DNA of 64,000 nt from Octopus sinensis (GCF_006345805.1 NC_042999.1:104346001-104410000), one strand, 5' to 3'; positions 12,101-27,734 are shown, counted from the stretch's first letter. Numbers and translations are program-made. The notes: a model not told the origin generated them from the letters alone.

Positions 12101-15100
12101 TAGCTGAGGTTGTTTAGATCTGGATCAGACCTAATTTAGAAACCCTATAGCCCCTCTCCTTTCCATGATTATAGGGTGTAATTTGAGGAAGACTTGGCTG
12201 CTATTTTTAACAGATTGAGTGGTGATGTAAATCAGTGTTTCTCAACTGTTTTTCACCTATGGACTCCTTTGTTTCCTATTTTACTCTACTGGACACCCAT
12301 AGCCATTCAATGTTTAAAAATGTCCCATTACATTTTTATAATTAAATATTATTACGAATTGTATTAAAAAAATTCTTCAAATATTTGAGTATTGTAGAAG
12401 TATAACCAATTTATAGTACATAAATCTTAATTGCAAAATCTTACATGGACCCCCAGGGGTCACATAGACTTCCACCCCAGAAGTCAGATAGACCTCCAGG
12501 GGGTTATATGGGCTATATGTAGAGCTTGCTTGTTTGTATACCTTGCAGTTGGCTAGACACTGAAGTGGAGTGTACATTGTTGTTTGTGGCCTTTTTATAG
12601 TTTAGTTTGGATCTCCTGCTGATCAGGCATACTTACATAACTCTGAAGTTCATTGCCCAAGAGTGTTGTACTCCTATGTTAGTGGTCATACAACATGGCT
12701 GTATATAGGAAAAAGGACACTAGGGTTCAATTGTTGTTTAGTTTCAGGTCAGCTCTAGTCCACCAGACCTATGCTGAAAGGCATTACAGCTGCAACAAAC
12801 ACATCTTTTTTTTAAGGCATAGCATATCTAGAACTACAGACTACATTTTACAATGTATCCTTCTTTTTAATATTTATGTGTCCTTTTTAATGTTTAGTTG
12901 GTTGTGTAAGGCAGCGAGTTGGCAGAATTGTTACAACACTGGACTAAATGCTTAGTGGCAGTTTGTCCATCTTTACATTCTGAGTTCAAATTCCACTGAG
13001 GTCAACTTTGCCTTTCATCCTATTGGGGTTGATAAAATAAGTCCCTTTTGAAGACTGAGGTAGATGTAATCAACTTACTCCCTCCTCTGAAATTACTGGA
13101 CTTGTGCCATAATTTGAAATCGCTATTAGAACTATATATCAGTATGCTGGACAAAATGCTTAGCCATATTTCATTTGTTATGTTTCTGAGCTCAAATTTT
13201 GCCAAGATTGACTTTGCCTTTCATTGTTTTGGGATTGATAAAATAAGTACCCATTGAGGATTACTGGCCTTGTACCAAAATTAGAAACCAATATTTAGTT
13301 AGGTATGATTTGAGGGAAATTTAGTTGCTGTCTCTAGTAGATTTACTGACTGCCTAGAAGCTCTCTCACCAGTTTAGCAGAGGCATCTATATTAGTTCAC
13401 CTGAAAATTATTATTATTATTATTATTGTTGTTTAACCCTTAAGGCAACTCATATTAAGCAGACTTATTTTTCAAGGCATTCCAACTACGACCATATTGT
13501 CTATTTGTGCATATAGAACTACATTCATTATCATGATCATCATTGTCATTTAACGTCTGCTTTCCATGCTGGCATGGGTTAGACAGTTTGACTGGAACTG
13601 CACCAGGCCCCACTTTGTTTTGGCATTGTTCCTACAGCTGGATGCCCTCCCTAATGTCAACCACTTCAAGAGTATAATGGGTGCTTTTTATAAGCCACCA
13701 GCACAAATGCCATTTTCATGACACTGGCAACGACTTTGACTGCAATTTCACAGATGCCATTTACATGATACTGACAATGGCCACACACACATGCATGTGT
13801 GCGCACGTGCACACAGACACACACACACACACAGAGTATAGTGTGATTTGATGAAAATTTAGTGGCTGTTTCTATCAGATGGAACATCTGTGTAAGATTT
13901 GTCTGTGATGTCCTTCACATTTTATTGTTTGTTTCTTGCAGTAATTTTATGCATAATTTTTTTTCTTCTCTACATTCTTTTTCTTTATAGGAGATTATAT
14001 TACGGAACAAACACCTGCAGAATCGATACCACAGCCAGTGGTATGTGAATGGCAGCAGATGTGACTTAAGTGGAAAAAATCGCCGGACTGAAGTGCGAGT
14101 ATGTATGCTGATGATGATTATTATTATTATGATAATTATAATGATAGCTGTTTTAGTTTAACCTCAAGTCAACCCTGGTTGAGCTGATCTATGGTTAAAA
14201 ACAGCCAAACCTTGATCATCTCTTTCTATTCTCAGACTACTTTATCCAATGTGTTTCTACCTTTCAGCGTGGTATGATAAACAGTGCAGTTTGAGAGAGA
14301 TTTGGTTGCTATTTCTAGCAGTTTGAGTGACCATGTAGAACTTTTGTTGTTGGCTTGATAGCTTAATAGTTATTAAGTTGATCATGTAATCTAAGACATT
14401 TTGTAGCGTTAATAAGTTATCTCCCTTCCATAGCTGTTCCTTTCAGTTCAAAACTATATGTGATTAAGTTGCATTGATCAGGTGTATCTCCTTAGGAACG
14501 AAGCTGGTATATTCCACTGGATGTGCAATGTCAGTGTGCATGTGCGACAGAACATTAGTGTATTGAGGGAAAAATAGGACATAAGAGGAATTATAAGCAG
14601 TGTACAAGAGATGAGACTGTGATAGTTTGATCATGTGATGTGGATGGATGAGAACTGCTGCATAATAAAGTACCAGTCACTTAGATTGCAGGGAAGTTGT
14701 GGAAGAGGGAGACCCAGGAAGACATGGACAAGGTTTTGAAAGCTGATCTCAAAACATTGAACCTTATGAAGGAGATGACAGAGCACCAAAATATGTGGTA
14801 TGTTGTACTTGAGAAGACCTAGCTGCCACAACAGAACTGAGATTCTAAAACCAAGGTGCCACGTAAAAGGCACTGGTGCTGGTCCCACTTATTAAGCACC
14901 TGTGATGGTGCCACGTAAAAAGCTCTGTGGAGTTGTTGGCATTATGAAGGGCATCCAGTTGTAGAAACCAAGCCAAAACAGGTTATGTAACCTGGTGGGG
15001 CCCCTGGCCATAGCAGTTCTTGTCAAGCCATCGAACCCATGCCAGCATGGAAAACGGATGTTAAATGGTGATGATGACGTTTGTAGTATATATCAGGGTT

Positions 15101-18100
15101 AGATAAGCTAAATTGCTGTGAAAAGTTTGTAATCTGATAGTTCAGGTTTTTGTTCTTTGTCTAGAGGTGGGAAAAGAAGTGGTTTTTGTAATAACATAAG
15201 TATTGGCACTACTTTAGGGAAGGGATCGATATTTTTGAATTCTTCATGCCTAACAGCAATTAAACTTATTAAACTCTTCCAAGATCTCTCCTATTGATAA
15301 ATCAGGTCAATTACCAGTTTCTTAGTAAGTGCAGATCACTCACCAGTTTCTGGGAAGCTTGGATTTTTACCCTGCTTATAGTGCAAAAACTTTTATTCTG
15401 AAGGAGAGCTATTGCTATGTGTGTGTATATTTGTATCTCCTTGTCTTGACATCATGTGATGATTATAAATGAGTGTCACTGTCTACATGCAGTGTCATTC
15501 ATTTCCTATATTCTGTGAGAACATGTCTGGCCATGGGGAAATATTACGTAGCTTGCAAACAGGTGAGGGTTGGTGTCAGGAAAGGCATCTGGTCTTAGAA
15601 AAAGCTACCCCAAATAAGCTTCATCCGACCCATGCAAGCATGGAAAAGTGGATGTGAAATTATGCTGAAGATGATGTATGAATATATATGTATGTTATGT
15701 ATATTGAAGAAGTTCACTTCTCAGTCATGGTGAAGAAGTTTGCTTTGTAGTCATGAGATTCTACTGCATGGCATCTTGGGTAAATATCTTCACTATAGCC
15801 TTATGTTGACACAATCCTTGTGAATAAAATTAGATGTAAAATGTGAGGATATCTAATGAATGGATTGTATTTGTAATTTAAAGGTCAACTTCGTTATACT
15901 GACTTCACTTCGGAATTAAATTCAAGATATTTATTGAATTAATACTTAGGTTGATTGAACAATTGGAGTACTCAACAATCAATGGAAATCTATTTAGTTA
16001 TTACAGAGTTTATTAGATAGATAAATAGATAGACTGATATAGACAGATAGATAGATAAATAGATTGATAGATAGATAGATAGATATAGAGAGAGAGATGT
16101 TTCTGGATCAGTGAAGGACTTCAGACAGTTTAGTGTAGTGTCTGTTGTTTGTGTAGCTGTTTTATGTGAAGTACAACATCTGTTCCACAGATGTGGCCGA
16201 GTCCTCTCTGTGCACTTGTTTTTAGTGCTACGTCAGTGACTTCTGTTCCTTTGAGCTGGCTGGTTTTGTGGTAACCTCCATTTACACACCCTCAATTCAC
16301 TTGTCTCATCTCTTCTCATTCATTTTGTGTTTAACCCCATAACCCCTGCGTTAGTCACTGTAGTCAATTTTTCCTTCCCATTATATGGGTTTCCTGGAAT
16401 TTTGTATTTGATGACTTGCAATGATTTAAGAGGAATGTTAATGGCATCAATCTCAATAATTTCAAAGGACCTGTGAAGACCAATGAGACTGCTACCTCTG
16501 CTGGACCTAGTTAAAATAAAAAGTACACATGTAGCCACAGATATAGTTGTGTGATAAGAAGCTTACTTCCCAACCATGTGGTTTTGAGGTCAAGTCCCAT
16601 TGCATGGCACCTTGGGCAAATGTCTTCCACTTTAACCCTGGGCTGGGTAAAGCCTTGTCAATGGTAGACGGAAGTGAAATATTTATACACACACACAATT
16701 TTTGTAATTACTCAAACTTGTGTAATTAACATGTAAGAGAAATAGTAAATCAATGTCTCCCCACTCTCTCTCTGTCTGTTTGTCTCTCTCTCTCTCTCTG
16801 TGTCTCTCTCTGTGTCTCTCTCTCTGTCTTTGAATCTCTCTCTCTCTCACATACACACACACATCTATATTTGTGTGTATGTGGCGTGTATTTGTCTTCA
16901 CACCTCTATTTGACAACCTGTGTTGGTTTGTTTATGTTCCTGTAACTTAGCAGTTCAGCTAAAAGCAACCAATAGATTGAGTACCAGATTTAAAAAATAA
17001 AGTACTGGGAGCAAGTTGTTTGACTAAACTCTTTGCAGTGGTGCCCCAGCATGGCTGCAGTCGAATGACTGAAACAAATAAAAGCTAAAAGACATGCTCA
17101 TATGTGCACATATGGATGCACACACACTCATGTATGTATGATGTATTCTTTTATTTGTTTCAGCCATTTGACTGTGGCCATGCTGGAGCACCACCTTTAG
17201 TCTAGGAAACTGACCCCAGGTCTCATTCTCTGTAAGCCTAGTACTTATTCTATCGGTCTCTTTTGCCGAGCTACTATGTTACGGGAACGTAAACACACCA
17301 GCATTGGTTGTCAAGTGATGGTAGTGGGACACATACATACGATGGGCTTCTTTCAGTTTCCATCTACCAAATCCATTCACAAGGCTTTGGTTGGTGCAAG
17401 GCTATAGTAGAAGACACTTGCCCAAGGTGCCACGCAGTGGGACTGAACCCTGAACCATGTGGTTGGTAAGCAAGCTACTTACCGTGGAAGTTATAGATAA
17501 TTTATACATGTTGACTTTATTTCCTCATACTTGTAGATTTAAAATTATGCTGAAAAATAAGGTGGAGTGTCAGAATAGGTCCACTGTTTTCTAATATACT
17601 CGAGTCATGAATAATTCACCTAAATTCTTCTTTTTAAAGAAAATTCTGAACCTTGAACTTAAGCGAGAAATCATTTCTTTAACTTTCAGTTTATGTGTGA
17701 AAAGGACACCATTGATTATGTTGGACGTATAGATGAACCTGAGACATGTGTGTATATGTTGACAGTGTACACTTCAATTATTTGCCACCATCCTTATCTC
17801 AAACCTCCAACACCCAACAAACCTGTACCAATTATATGTAATCCTGTTCTGGCCCAAGATCAGTTTGATAAATATTTAGAACACAAGCAAAGTAAGAAAA
17901 AATTTTCATATTTTTTTTATATTGATATTTCTTTTTCCAATGAAGGATTTTGTTCCAACTTCATTAAGAGTGTTTTGTAACTCTAGATAAATTTTTGTTG
18001 TTTCAGTTGGTATATATATTACACACACATGCATACATACATACTGCACTGGTGCCACATAAAAGCACCTAATATACACTGTAAAGTGGTTGACATTAGG

Positions 18101-21100
18101 AAGGGCAGCCAACTGTAGAAAATGTCAAAACAGACAATGTTTGTTACTTCTTGAGCCATGCCTAGCTCATAAGGGCTGATTTCCTGATTTCCTTGGCGTA
18201 TAGGTTCCCCACCTGGACGGGATGCTGGTCCGTCACAGGTGAGCTGCAAGATGCAGGAAGATAGAGAGAGAGAAAGTTGTGGCAATAGAGTCAGCAGAAG
18301 TTCGCCATTATCTTCTGCCGGAGCTACATGGAGTTTAGGTATTTTGCTCATAAACATGCACATCACCCGGTCTGAGATTCGAACCCACAATCCCTCGACC
18401 GTGAGTCCACTGCTCTAACCACTAGACCATGTGCCTCCACAAAACAGGCAATGGAACCTGGTGTGGCTTCTAGCCTTGCCAGCTCCTGTCAAACAGTTTA
18501 ACTCATGCCAGCATGGAAAACATATGTTAAATGATGATGATGATATATATTTATACAATGGACTCTCCTGTCAAAGATGACGTATGAGCATTCAACTTTT
18601 GCCAAAGGATTTGCACAAATGATTTGTTTATAATGATCAAATGTATATGCTGTACATTAGCTCACCCGCTCCATCAAATCGATGTTGTCTGAACAGGTGT
18701 ACCATTTGTCATGTCAAAGTGATCACATAGCAACACAAGATGAAATGTTTTGCTCAAGAACACAAAGCACCACCTGGTCTAGGAATTGAAATCATGATCT
18801 CACGATTGTGAGTGCAACACCTTAACCACTAGGCCATGTGTCCTTTATATATAGTGTATGTGTTATATTAAAAGTGGACAGTCTACTCTGAGATTTGCAC
18901 CAGGGTGGACTGTTTACTTGTATCACATATCTACCCTACCTACCCAATGTTTTGAATTCTATATTAGATATTGTTTGCGCTATTTTACAAAATATGCTTT
19001 CACTGTATTTCAAAACTCTTTATTATGATAAATGTATTTAAGGCGGTGAGTTGGCAGAATTGTTAGCACACCAGACAAAATGCTTAGCAGCATTTCTTCT
19101 GGCTTTTTATGTTCTCAGTCCATTTCAGACCCTGCTGAGGCCAAATCTGCTTTTCATTCTTTAGGGGGTCAGTAAAATGGAGTACCAGTCATATACTGGG
19201 GTCAAGGTAATCAAATACTCCCCACTGCTTCTAACTGCTGTGCAAAAATTTGGAACCATTATGATATATATATATATATAAATAGATGAGTGTATTTTTA
19301 CCTTGTTAACAATTAACATGGAAAAAATAAATAAATAGTTACCAGGGCAGCAAATTATTCTTTGTATGTAAGTATCTTTGGTGCCTAGGTTGCATAAAGC
19401 AGTGTTCATGAATGTTTATATACACACAGTACCATTTGTTGACCACTAATGAGTCCAAAAAGAAACATGTGTCGAAAGTAAAAATATTTGATTACACCTG
19501 CGTTAACTCCATTTTTTTATTCATATATATATATATATAATTCTTAGACACATGACTTACTTAGTGCTTAAGTATTTTCTACTTTATTGATCTCATAAAG
19601 GATTAAATTTATAAGCTGTTGATTATATTTATCTCTTTTTGCATGAGGTAAACTTTTAATGTGTCACTATCAAAATATATAAACCATTTATATTACCAAG
19701 GGCAGTGAGTTGGCAGAATGGTTAGCATAGTGGGCAAAATGCTTTGTGGCATTTTGTCTGTCTTTGCATCCAAATTCTGCCAAGGTTGACTTTGCCTTTT
19801 ATTCTTTTGGAGTCGATGAAACAAATACCAGTTGAACACGTGGGGGGGGGGGGGGTGATGTTATCAACTTAACCTCTGCCTTGAAATTTCAAGCCTTGTG
19901 CCAAAATTTGAATTCAATCTTACAGTTAAACAATATTTTCATTAATTACCAGATAGGGAGTTATGCCACATAATTTATATTATATGAGATAGTAATGTCT
20001 TGGCATCACAAAACAAGATGATGTATGGTAAGCTTTATTCAAAATTCTCACCTTTGTATGTAAGTATCTTTGGTGCCTAGGTTGCATAAAGCAGTGTTCA
20101 TGAATGTTTATATACACACAGTACCATTTGTTGACCACTAATGAATCCCAAAAGAATAAATCTAATGTTTGACTTACCTAAATTAACTTGTGAACTTCCA
20201 ACGAAAATGCTATGCTAAAAGCTTTGTAATCCTTACGAAAATGTTAATATGTCTGTCAAAGTTGATTAATTCTCTTTGATGTAGTTTGTAGTTTGTCTTT
20301 ATTGTAGACACAATTTCAGTTCCATGTATTAAAAACTGTGTAGAGTAGAATGCAATGTACAAACAACTTACTCTACTGCCATGTGACTGTCTTTAAAGTT
20401 AGGCAGTAGAGGAGTGTGACAAAACTTATATCATAATCAGTTTATGAACAGAATTGTCTGTTTCAATCATAGGCAACTTGCTGCCCAGGGAACTTTTTCT
20501 TTTCTGCAAGGCACACTTCATGAAAAATTACCTTGAAATTTTTTAGTAGTGCAACCTATCTGATGATGAACCAAGTTGCACACAACCCACTTCTTGAAAA
20601 AGGTTGTCTCTGCCTGCTTTGTTGTTAAGTCAATCTGTTGCTGTAGTCTTACTCTGTTTGAAGTAAGGAAGTTGCTAGTTCAATCTAGACTGCAGTATTA
20701 ACAGTAAACACTGCTTTAAAAATGTATGGTGTGAAACGTATAGATGTATTTACATACACTGTGCAAGTTTAAGATTGAAAGCAGTTTAAATATAAGACCT
20801 TGTTGTCTTTGCAAAGCCATTACTACCAATCTATGTCAACAGTTGCTTATTTTTTAGTCTCTTCACATACTGTTGATCTGTGTCTTTTTTATATTTCTTC
20901 AAAATCCTTAAACAGTTACTATTGCCCTATTGTTTCCTTTCATTATTGTGGTTTTTTTAGAAGTGGCAAGATGACAGAATTGTTGATGAGTGAAATGTTT
21001 TGCAGCATTTTGTCTGTCCTCAAATTTTGCTGAGGTCAACTTTGCCTTTTATCCTTTTGTAGGGGTCAATAGAATAAGTACCAGTTAATCACTTGGGTCA

Positions 21101-24100
21101 ATGTAATTGACTTACTCCCTTCCCTGAAATTACTGGCCTTGTGCTAAAGTTTAAAACCATAATACTTATTTAGATTTTAACATACTGCTGCTGAAATAAA
21201 TCCTCTATTAATGAAACTTGTCTGATACTGTAATGAACTCTGTTGTTCCATACTGACTATTTCCATCACGTCTCTTCTCTAAATTATTATCATCTCTCCA
21301 CCTTTCACCTATTTTCAGTTATGCATGGTCCCATGTAATCATACCAAATACTGTCTTTGGTATTGTGCAAAACATAAACTGCATTGAGTTTATCTATTTA
21401 CTTAAGATAGTTTTTAGGACTACTTTTTGTATGTTTTTGTAAAGAGAAATAAATTTTTTAAAAATTATAAAAAAGAAAACCCTATCAAATTAATGGCGAG
21501 AATGCTGATTTTGAGAATTAAAAAAATTTTTCTTTTGCCATAAAATTTTAATTATTAAAATTAAAAAGGAATATACATATGTTATTTTGAATCTATATTT
21601 TGTTCTCTTTTATTTACAGATGAAGAAAAAAAGAAAATTGAAAAAATCGAAGAACAGATAGAAGAATTGAAAAATGTTGATTCCACAAAAGGTTAATATC
21701 ACAATGTTTTCTAATATTTAATCGATGTTTAATGAATGTTTTGCATTGTTTTACAATATTTTGCATTTCATTTTGTGTTGGTTTTTCTTATTCATATTGG
21801 ATTGATTATGATAATGTAAACCTACCACATAGCTCTGTGGGGAGTCAAAACAATTACCCACAGTAAAACTTACTGCATAATTTTAATCCCTAACCCTGTC
21901 ATGCCATTTAATAGGAATAGCTTAAATGTCATCTTTACCAGATTCCTGCTAAAACAGTAATGAACAACACACTTAGCAAAAGAAGATAGAATGCTAAAAT
22001 TTAGACAACTGACACGTAGCTTTGTAATCAAGTGTGTTTATGGCTCATTCTTAATGGCGTCCACCACAGTGGTTGTTTACTTTTGTTCTTAATAAAAAAA
22101 AAAAAAAGAACCCCCACCAAAGGAAAACTAATTTTTGCAATGAAAAGGACGTGTGATGAACTCAGCACTTTATTTGGTAAACGAGCAAGGCGTAGACTCT
22201 TTATAGTTTAAGAAATTGTTGATGATGCCTATTCTTTGGACAAAAAATTTAGCTTTATGCAACAATGAGAGTTATTTAAACAATCAAACTGGTGAAAGTG
22301 ATGGGAGAAAGTAGTGATTTGGGTGAACAAATATGGTAGTTGAGAGATAGACCGATAACTGTTATTCTCCTGAATGTTTTTGTGATTCTGTTCATAAGTT
22401 TTCTTGCAAGCATTACTCTTGAGCTGTATATTCAACTATTTATTATTTTCTTTTCCTGAGGCCCAGGTGGGGGTAAAGTTAGACACAGGGGCACTGGTAT
22501 GAAGGTTAAAATTCTTCTCAATGTTAACATCCACTTTTTACTATATTTGACAAAAGATGTTTATAATATACGTAAATATAATCAAAGAAGTACTTCACTG
22601 TCGTATTTTTAGTGCAATATTCTAGAAACCCTGTTTATTGGGTACAGATTGCCATTCTAAGCAACAATAATTTTAGGAGAAAAAAAAAATCTCCAGGGGA
22701 GGCAACTTTTGAAAACTTGTTTTTAATCCAACAAAAGTTATCGAACTTGTTGAGGTATAGATTTATATATTTTTTTAAATCTTAATTTTTTAGAATTATT
22801 CAGATTTTTGTTGGTAGTAATGGTAGGTGATAAGCTTATTAGGGATTATCAGCTTTCTGTAATATTTGGAAATCACTCTTTATTTTGTGTGTGTGTGAGA
22901 AAGAGAGAGACTACAGCTGTTACCTGGAAATGAACACGACTTGCTAGTTTGCACCATGCTTTCACTAACTCTTTTAGGTGCTTGTGTAGGCATGGTCTCA
23001 CATTTATTTACATGTACATTTGTGTTTGTGTGTGTGCGTAAGTGCGTATATATATATTTATATATATATATATATATCTTTATCTTTATATATAAAAGAG
23101 AGGTTGTGTGCTGTCTGTCTCCTACGATTTAGATTCCTAACTACTCCCACATTTTGCGGTGCAGTTTAACCAAAACCGGGTATCTTATAGTCGTGATTCA
23201 TATCGAGCCCTTCTGGGTATTAGCGTGCGTCTACGATTAAAAAAAAAATTTACCATCAATTTTCCCCATTTTTAATACATTTTTGGCATATATAAGGGAA
23301 GTAACTCTCTAAAAATTTATTATTAAATCTCAGAACGTAAAAAGCTACAGTAACACCCCCCCTTTGTGGTTAGCCATATTGAGATGGCTATTATACTTCA
23401 CATCTCTAAAAATGTTTATATAGTTATTTCCCTTACAAAACTGAGCAATGCCGGGCGATACTGCTAGTATATATATATATATATATATATAGAACTATTG
23501 GTTGTATTTATGTATGTGTGTGCGAGTGTATATGTACACATCATCACTATTTAACGTTTGTTTTCCATGCTGACATGGGTTAGGCGGTTTGACTGAAACT
23601 TGTAAGCTGGAGAGCTGCACAAGGCTCCAGTCTGATTTGGCATGGTTTCTATAGCTGGATGCCCTGCCTAACATCAACCACTCCAAGAGTGTAAAGGGTG
23701 CTTTTTACTTGCCACCAGCACAGGTACCATTATAGAACACTGGCATCAACCATGACTACAATTTCACTTGGCTTGACAAATCTTCTCAATCACAGCATAT
23801 CGCCAAAAGTCATGGTCACTTGCCATCGCCACTGTATATTCATATGTATATATCTATTTTACTCTTTTACTTGTTTCAGTCATTTGACTGCAGCCTTGCT
23901 GGAGCACCGCCTTTAGTCGAGCAAAGTACTTATTCTAGCGGTCTCTTTTGTCGAACTGCTAAGTTACGGGGGACGTAAACACACCAGCATCGGTTGTCAA
24001 ACGATGTTGGTGGGACAAACACAGACACACAAACATATACACACACATACACACACACACTCATATATATATATATATATATATATACGCATGCATGCAT

Positions 24101-27100
24101 ACATACATATGACGGGTTTCTTTCAGTTTCCATCTACCAAATCCACTCACAAGACACTTGTCCAAGGTGCCATGCAGTGGGACTGAACCCAGAACCATGT
24201 AGTTGGTAAGCAAGCTACTTACCACACAACCACTCCTGCTGTGTATGTAATAAATATTGGTATATGTGCATGTGTATGTATGCATGCATGTGTGTGTATC
24301 TATGTATCATATATATATATACTCACGTGTTTGTATATATGTAGTGTATGCATATATATATTGACATTGTAGGAATTTTATAAACTTCTGAGAGATTGTG
24401 AAGTAATTCTTTTTTTGGAACAATAGATCTCAAAGCACATAAAACTATAAATAATAGCATGTAAATATTGGGTTGTATAACCCTTTTGGATAGAAAAAGT
24501 TGGAAGCTGTTTATGGGACTCAAACCCACATCTGTAGACATGAACCTTATAACAAAAGGAATCCTTCAAATTTCTCTATCCATTTTAGGTAGAAATCCAT
24601 TGTTCCAAAACAGAATTATTTTCATATTCTCCCAATAGTTTCTAAAATTCTTGCTGGATAGAATAAAGATTTTAAAATTTTGACTTGTATTATTCATTTA
24701 GTTTTGATTCCTATTTTCTGTATTTGAGTTGAAATTTGAAATTCCCACATAAAGGAATTGTCATAATTGCAACACTCTCTTCCTTACTAATGAGGAAAAA
24801 AAAAATCCAGAGTGCTTAGGTTATTAGTTGAAAAATTTGAAAAAAACAGATGGTATGGTCACTTTTGGACCTCATTCATTCTTACTAATACTTACTAAAC
24901 TGCTAAGTAAATTCTGATTTCCTTTTGACCTGACAGTTGACATTTCTATATTTTTAGCACACATACAATGAAGAAAGTGATTGTTTAGTTTTGATTTTGC
25001 AAAATTTCTATTTTGGAGCATAAACTAAAGATTTTTAACATGGCCACAAAGACACAGGGTAAAGGGTAAAGACCCCCTTTAGTCATGAGCGACCATGGGA
25101 TTGCATCTTAAAAGTTAATCTCTGAGGCAAAAATCCAGGCAAGGTTATTTTACGGGAAACCTGCAGTTGCCCATGCATATCAGCTTTCCCTCTCCATGCC
25201 ACTGATGTTACCCAAAAGAAAGGCAAGGACTGATACAGCTCGGTACCACTGACACCACAACTCATTTCTATAATTGAGTAAACTGGAGCAATGTAAAATA
25301 AAGTGTTTTGCTCAGAACACAACACACAGCCCAGTCTGGGAATCAAACTCACTACCCCTTGATTGTGAACCTGACGTTCTAACTACCGAACCATGAAGAC
25401 ACAGCCAGCTTTATATTTAGTGTACTCATCTGGTACAACTGTGTGTTTTGTGCCCCCAATTGATATTCTATATCAGTGGTCCCTTACTTTTTTTGTACCA
25501 TAGACTGGTTTCATTCAAGACAGTTTTTCCACAGACTGGGAGATTACATGCATTAGACTGTTGGACATATGATTGTAAAATTGTGGTTTTGATTCCTGGA
25601 CTAGGTGATGTATTGTGTTCTTGAGCAAAACTCTTCATTTCGCATTGCCCCAGTTCACTCAGGTGGTAAAATTGAGTATTCCTGTGACAGGCTAGTTCCT
25701 ATCCAGGAGAAGAGTATATATGCCAGAAAATCCACGAAACTGGCCCTGTGGATCATTATGACCTGGAAAGGTGCTTTATCCCTAACTTTTTATATACATA
25801 ATGCAAAAACACTCTGCAGACTGTGATAGGGAATTAAAAAAAAAAAAGAATTAAAAATATTTATTCTTACTGTGCAACTTAGCACCAAAGTTTTATGACC
25901 TGGTACTGATCTGTGACCCAGTGGTTGAGAATTCCCTGTTCTGTATCATCTGTATATCTGACTTGACAAAACTGATGTTTCAAAAACAATATCTGCTTTG
26001 TATTTTTTTTTGTGTTGTATTGTGAAACTTTGGCTTTTTGGGATTCAATTTTGTTTTATTGTACCGAAACATTTGTTGCAACGAAACTCATCATAATAAT
26101 TTCTTATATAGTCACAAGACCTGAAATTTTGTGGGAGGGGGTAATCGATTACATCGACTCCAGTACTTCACTGGTACTTATTTTATTGACGCCCTTAAGA
26201 TGAAAGGCAAAGCAGATCTCTGTGAAATTTGAACTGAGAACATAAAATCACAAGAAATTCCGCTGACCATTTCTTCTGATATGTTAATGATTCTGCTAGA
26301 TGCTGCCTTAATGAATTTTATCACAATGAAACTTTTAGCATTGTTTCCAAAAAATTACTGCAGAATTTTGAAATAAACTTCACTGTACTGAAAAATTTAT
26401 CATAATGGTATTTGTTAGAATGGAATTTCACTACAAAATATGTACCCTTTTACCAAGTTATAACAAAAAGTTAGTGAAATATTTAAAATGTTTACAGTTG
26501 GATAGATAGACAAATATAACAAAATAATTTGATAAAAAATGTGAATTTTGAATTATTTTCTGAGATTTTACAAAAACAACAAAAATATTTTAAAATTTTC
26601 ATAGGTACAGGTGTGGCTGTGTGGTAAGAAGTTTACTTTTCAACCACATGGTTCTGAGTGGGTTCAGTTCCATTCTGTGGCACTTTGGGCAAGAGTCTTT
26701 TACTATAGCCATGAGCTGACCAAAAAGCCTTGTGAATGGATTTGGTTGATAGAAACTGAAAGATGCCCATCATGTGTGTGTCTGTGTTTGTCTCTCACAC
26801 TATTTGACAACAGGTGTTGGTGTGTTTACATCCCTGTAACTTAGCACTTCAGCAAAAGAGACTGATACAATAGGTACCTGGCTTTAAAAGAATAATAAGT
26901 ACTGGGGTTGATTTGTTTGACTAAAGTTCTTCAAAGTGTTGTCCCAGCATAGCTGCAGTCTAATGATTGAAATATGTAAAAGATAAAAGAAAAGATTTGT
27001 TGTAACATCCATTTTATCATGTTAGCATGAGTTAGACAGATAGTTATTTGGGGTGGGGTTTACAGCTGGATGTTATTCTTCCCTGTTTTCAAGTAAGGGT

Positions 27101-27734
27101 TTTTTTTTATTCCAGAAGTTTTCTAAAGCTGAGAGTGACAAGGAATGTCAGCATCACCATCAGTTCACTCAAATAGTAACAAGTGTGGAATATCAACCCT
27201 TCATGCACATTTGCACTTATACATACATCCACAACCACACACATGCACACACATACATACATGTGCACAAAATCACACATGAACATTGGGCTTCTTGCAG
27301 TTTCAGTCTACTGAATTTCCTCATAAAGTATTGGTCAGCTCAGGGCTATATTAGAAGACACTTACCCAAGGTGCTGTGCAGTGAGATTGAACATGAAACC
27401 ATGTGGTTAAGAAGTGAACAATTTAAGTGCAATATATATATATATAAAGGGTAAAGACCCCCTTCGGTCATGAATGACCATGGGATTGCACCTAGAAGGT
27501 TACCCTCCTAGACACAAGTCCGGGCAAGGTTGTTTATGGAAGACCAGCAGTCGCCCATGCATACCAGCCTCCCCTCTCCATGCCACCAGTGTTATCCAAG
27601 GGAAAGACAAAGGTCGATACAGTTTGGCACCAGTGACGTCGCAACTCATTTCTACAGCTGAGTGAACTGGAGCAGCGTGAAATAAAGTGCCTTGCTCAAG
27701 AACACAACACGCAGCCCGGTCCGGGATTCGAGCT

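Noticed and set aside
18360-18440. tRNA gene
   Set aside because: A and B boxes are present, but the sequence continues into a SINE body and is flanked by a TSD; no complete cloverleaf.
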